Source of the DNA: an uncultured Gemmatimonadales bacterium | Lineage (GTDB): Bacteria > Gemmatimonadota > Gemmatimonadetes > Gemmatimonadales > GWC2-71-9 | DNA: 64,000 bases | Direction: 5' to 3' | NCBI GenBank assembly: GCA_963821525.1 | Contig: CAWGED010000005.1 | Span: 1,120,001 to 1,184,000, forward strand | Shown: positions 60,127 through 64,000 of the stretch, piece after piece | How the letters are laid out: every line of letters begins with the position of its first letter | Position numbering within the stretch: position 1 is the first letter of the stretch | Translations under genes and position numbers: made by a program | The notes under the pieces: model-generated | What the model was told of the DNA's origin: nothing | The model's input: only the letters and a program-made list of their open reading frames with translations | Database searches by the model: none

Positions 60127-61316
60127 GCGGCGTGTACCACTGGAGCGTGGGCGCCGAGGCCGAGGGGGCGATCAGGTGGTGTCTCGTCGAAGGTCTCGCG
60201 CACTGGCTGATAGAGGCTGTCCCGCTCCACCGGGCGCTTGCCCGCGCCCCGAATCAGACGCACCAGCTCGAAATACGGCATGTGCATCTGGGTCTGGGCG
60301 CCGGCCTCGTGATAGATCCGCTCGTAGACCACGGTGCCCTCGACGTCGTCGCAACCGAAGCTCAGCGCGAGCTGCGACAGGAAGGGCGTCACCATGGGCC
60401 AATGGGTCTTAACGTGCGGAATGTTGTCCACAAAGAGTCGCGCGACAGCGATGTTCTTGAGGTCCTGGTAACCGGTGGTGGCGGTTCCCACCCGGCCCAG
60501 CTCCTCACCCAGTTCGTTGTGATCCGGGTGGTAGGCCAGCGGAATGAAGGTGAGGAACCCGCCAGTTTCGTCTTGCAGGACACGCAACGCTTCAAGGTGC
60601 TCCACCCGATCCGCCGCGGTCTCCACGTGTCCGTAGAGCATGGTGCAGTTGGTAGGAATGCCGAGCTCGTGGGCAGTGCGGTGGACCCGAAGCCACTCCT
60701 GCCCCGTGAGCTTGCGCTCGGCGATGGTGGCCCGAACTGCTGTGCTGAATACCTCCGCACCCCCGCCAGGAAGGCTGGTCAATCCCGCCTCCCGCATCGC
60801 GGTGAGCACCTCGCGCTCGGAGACCTTTTCGATTCTCGCGAGGTGGGCGATCTCGACGGCGGTGAGCGCCTTGATATGAACGGAGGGGTGACGCTCCTTG
60901 AGTCCCCGGATCATGTCGGTGTAGTAGCTAAGCCGGAGCTTGGGGTGCAGCCCGCCGACGATGTGGAACTCGCGGGTCGGTGTCCCATGCGCCTGATCGG
61001 CCTCCGCGTAAACCTCCTCCAGCGAGCGGGTGTAGGCTCCGTCTTCCCGCGGCATCCTTGCGAAGGAGCAGAAGGTGCACGTGTTCCGCAGGACGCAGAC
61101 GTTGGTGGGATTGATATGCTGATTGGCGGAGAAGAAGACCCGGTCACCGTTTTTCAGCTCGTTGGCGTGGGCCGCGAGAGTCCCGAGCCCCAGCAGATCG
61201 GCTGTTTCGTAGAGCGCCAAGGCATCACAGCGATCCAGGCGCTCGGACTTGAGCACCTTTTCCGCGATGGGACGGAGGGCTGGGTCCTGGATGGTGGCCG
61301 GGTCGAGGCCGGGCAT
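60123..61316 (-). CDS. mqnE: Aminofutalosine synthase (radical SAM)
   Basis: N.HINPTNVC, HIVGGLHP, KALTAVEI, LPGGGAE, TMLYGHVE, FIPLAYHP, GTV..E.I.H.AGA; start placed at ATG 61316 after SD GGGAG. Confidence 0.92.
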   Translation of the reverse strand: MPGLDPATIQDPALRPIAEKVLKSERLDRCDALALYETADLLGLGTLAAHANELKNGDRVFFSANQHINPTNVCVLRNTCTFCSFARMPREDGAYTRSLEEVYAEADQAHGTPTREFHIVGGLHPKLRLSYYTDMIRGLKERHPSVHIKALTAVEIAHLARIEKVSEREVLTAMREAGLTSLPGGGAEVFSTAVRATIAERKLTGQEWLRVHRTAHELGIPTNCTMLYGHVETAADRVEHLEALRVLQDETGGFLTFIPLAYHPDHNELGEELGRVGTATTGYQDLKNIAVARLFVDNIPHVKTHWPMVTPFLSQLALSFGCDDVEGTVVYERIYHEAGAQTQMHMPYFELVRLIRGAGKRPVERDSLYQPVRETFDETPPDRPLGLGAHAPVVHAA

Positions 61317-61420
61317 GCTGTCTCCCGAGAAGCGATGAGCTAGGAGACGGGAATATAAGGGGTTAGACACAGCTTGCCGAGTGCGCTGACGCTCGAGGAA
61401 ATGGCGCTGCACCGGTCCGA

Positions 61421-62709
61421 TCATGGTGCTGGGAGCAGATCAAACTCCCAGATCGGCGCCGGCTCTCCCTGGCTCACCACGAACAGCGTCCCCGTCACTT
61501 CGTCCAGCGCGAGCCCCGCCTGAAAGAGATGATTGGCCCCGCAGGATGAGCACGCCGTGGCCGGGGTCGCCGCCAGGTGACCGACGAGGTTGAGGTTGGA
61601 GGCATCGAAGACAAGGACCTCGGGAATGCTGTCGGTCATCGCCCCCACGAAGATCCGCGACTCATCCGCGCTCAGCACCAGGCCCGCCATCGAGACCGCG
61701 ACTGGGGGTCCTCCGCTCGCCAGAATTGCCCCGGTGGCGGCGTTCACCTTCAAAATCTTCCCTCCAGGAGGTAAGGCCTCCCCCACGACAAAGAGGGTCG
61801 AGCCGTCACTGGTGAATGCGGAGCCATGCGGCCCCACTGGTAACCGGTACACGGTGTCGCCGGTCGACATTTGGAAAACCGGAGCCCCCCCAACAGCGGT
61901 GAAGCTCGAGTTCATCACGGCGCGATCCGCCGCCTGGGAGAGCGCGATCCCCCACGGGTCTTCCTGCGATACCACGATGTCTGGGGCTCCTGAGCGCCGC
62001 ACCGTCGTCTGGTGATTGCTGGAGAAGAGCCAGACCTGGTTCGCGAGCCGATGGGCTGTCCTGGAGAAGATCACCGCGGGAACCGTGTCCGAATAGGCGA
62101 GGGTTGGCCAGACCTGCCAGTCGCCCAACGCCCCGGTACTGTCCCGCAGAATCAAGTGTCCCGACTGATAGCTGGCACCAACACCGTGCGTGTTGCCCAG
62201 CCACGGAGCCTGCACTCCTGTCTCCACAGCCGTCTCTGCCGTGCGCAGATCGACGAGGGAAATGCTTCCCTGGGTCGGCTGGTTGAAGGTGCTGGAGATC
62301 GCCACCGGGGCGCCGTTCGCGGCGGTGTCGATCAGCGGCTCCCAGAGGAAACCGGGCGTGGCGAAGTTCCGGGTACGAAAGCCGGAGACGTGAATGACAC
62401 CCAGGGTGTACTGCTTGCCCCCGTCCGAGACCTGTATCGTGGCATCCACGCTCGGCAAGGCGGGTAGCGTGGCCGTCACGGTGGTGTCGTCTTGGCGGAT
62501 GAGGGTCATCGCGATCCCTTCCGCCATAATTGTCGGGAGCGCGCCCGAGCGGTCAAACAGACCGGATCGAATCGTGAGGTTTCCCCGCTCCATTGCTGCG
62601 TCGGGGCGACCTGGAAGGTTGGCGGACTGGGCTCGGAGCTCTCGCTGCAAGCGGCGATGCTCAAGAGGACCAAGGCGGCCATCCGGAAATGGTGCATGGA
62701 GCGGCTCAT
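61421..62709 (-). CDS. Hypothetical lipoprotein with an Ig/IPT-like N-terminus and a YncE-like beta-propeller (frameshift ~62585)
   Basis: Lipobox IAAC in ORF 62506-62751 joins ORF 61421-62650; blade-like repeats (AFTSDGSTLFV, LSADESRIFV). Confidence 0.65.
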
Positions 62710-62774
62710 TGAGAAGCCGGGCGATGGTTGAGGCTTCACGATCTTACCCAACGAGACGGGCCGGGTGCCACCCC

Positions 62775-63944
62775 CTAGAACGCTTCCCCTACGCCGAGGC
62801 TCAGCCCTTGCCCGCCGAAACTGGTGAAAGTGTAATCCACCCTGAGATTGAGGGCGTCGCGCTTGTTGATGTTGAATCGGAGGCCTCCGCCATAGGTGTA
62901 TTTCATCTCATCCCCCAACGAGGCGCCGTTGGAGCCGAATACATTGCCCGCCGCACCGAATACCACGGCGCCGAATCGTTTCCACACGTGCACCCGATAG
63001 TCGGCCTGGGCGATCAACTCATGCCGGTCGCGAAAGCGTCCGAGGTACACGCCGCGCATCACGACCTGGGTGGTAACGTTGCTGATCTGCGCCATGGACT
63101 GAATCGGCACGTCGGCTCCATTGAACTGGCCATACAGGTTCAATGCGAGCACGTGATTCCTTTTGCTATCGAGGGGGAGGTACTGTCGAGCGTCGAATAG
63201 CAGGTATGGGTAGTCGTACTCGCTGCCAAGGAGTTGCAGGTTCGCGAGCACGTCCACAACGACGAAATGCCCAGTGGTCGGCGTGAAGAACGAATTGCGA
63301 GAGTCGGTGAGCGCGGAAAACCCGAGACCGGAGCTGGTAGAGCCGTCGCCGCCGTGGAGTGAGGACGGAATCAGCGCCGGAAAGCGGAAGTCGACCCCCC
63401 ACGCGGCATGAAGCCGATAGTATGGCCCCAGGTATAACGTCGAACTGACCCGGCGGAGCGCCTTGGCCTCGAAGTGCACCACCTTCTGCTCCATCCGATT
63501 AGTGTCGCTAGGATCGGTGGACGGCCCGATCCCGTAGTAGTCGGTTGGAGCGTAGCCGGTCAGGATTCTGCTATTGAACCACCAACGGTTGTGCAGCGTG
63601 AAGAAATCGTTGGAGAAACTGACGCCCCACTGCCCCGCCGTGGTGATGGAAAATCCGGCCGAGATGTTCGACGCTCGGGTCGTCGAATCGTAGGCGCTCT
63701 CGCCGGTCTTGAACTGAATCTGCCCGCCGGCCCCGAAGATGAACTTGGTCGTCGGGCTATAACCCACGAAGGGAAGCCCGAAGATCTTGTTCTTGTAACG
63801 CTGCGGTGCGGTCAGGGAATCCGCAGTGCTGTCTACCGAAGCTTTGGGAAGCGAATCGGTGGTCGGGTCCTGCGCGGAGAGCGCCGCCGCTCCAACAGTT
63901 CCGTTGGCTGCCAAGGCCAGCCAGGCCGCAACGCGACGACTCAC
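62775..63944 (-). CDS. Omp85/BamA-TamA family beta-barrel without POTRA domains
   Basis: Signal peptide, P..GYSP.T, YYGIG, DSRN, MRG.Y.GRFRD, G.GLRF, LRVDY, C-terminal GEAF. Confidence 0.85.
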   Translation of the reverse strand: MSRRVAAWLALAANGTVGAAALSAQDPTTDSLPKASVDSTADSLTAPQRYKNKIFGLPFVGYSPTTKFIFGAGGQIQFKTGESAYDSTTRASNISAGFSITTAGQWGVSFSNDFFTLHNRWWFNSRILTGYAPTDYYGIGPSTDPSDTNRMEQKVVHFEAKALRRVSSTLYLGPYYRLHAAWGVDFRFPALIPSSLHGGDGSTSSGLGFSALTDSRNSFFTPTTGHFVVVDVLANLQLLGSEYDYPYLLFDARQYLPLDSKRNHVLALNLYGQFNGADVPIQSMAQISNVTTQVVMRGVYLGRFRDRHELIAQADYRVHVWKRFGAVVFGAAGNVFGSNGASLGDEMKYTYGGGLRFNINKRDALNLRVDYTFTSFGGQGLSLGVGEAF

Positions 63945-64000
63945 CCGGGTACTCCCGCGCTCAGGTCTACCGAAGGCAGGAATGTCGGAGCGCGCCGCAG
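63941..64000 (-). CDS. 3' end of an upstream gene truncated by the window
   Basis: Open frame LRRAPTFLPSVDLSAGVPG* ending in a GTGA overlap with the Omp85 start. Confidence 0.4.
   Translation of the reverse strand: MRRAPTFLPSVDLSAGVPG

Overview
High-GC bacterial chromosome segment made almost entirely of housekeeping and envelope genes. The gene content and order suggest Gemmatimonadota, but that is an inference. Bases 1-33091 are all + strand: clpC, bamA, skp, an lpxD-lpxC-fabZ-lpxA-(gnnA-like)-lpxB-(lpxJ-like)-lpxK lipid A operon, gdh, rlmH, a methyltransferase-bshC pair, murJ, uvrC, thrC, larC, tRNA-Gly, cytochrome c, a sigma54-type pilin gene, der-plsY-gpsA, surE-pcm, apt and tRNA-Arg. 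After 33265 most genes are on the - strand: dapF, a glycosylation cassette, rpoN, lptBAC, kdsC, kdsA, pyrG, kdsB, xerD, a DedA-TerB fusion, ispF, mqnC/A/E and an Omp85 barrel. The strand switch coincides with a 28-bp dif site (33138-33165), so this is very probably the replication terminus. Beside dif lie an exact IHF consensus site and degenerate DnaA-box-like 9-mers. Other points of interest: an atypical Lpt set (N-terminally extended LptB, 441-aa LptA), a probable N-methyl-bacillithiol module, a CX5CX2C motif in MqnE, two apparent CUG starts in CTGA overlaps, and a sigma54-like site over the -35 of the rpoN-containing operon. Many frameshifts, mostly in 1-8600, look like sequencing indels. 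No CRISPR array, rRNA, prophage or IS element was seen. All calls were made by eye; no database search was run.
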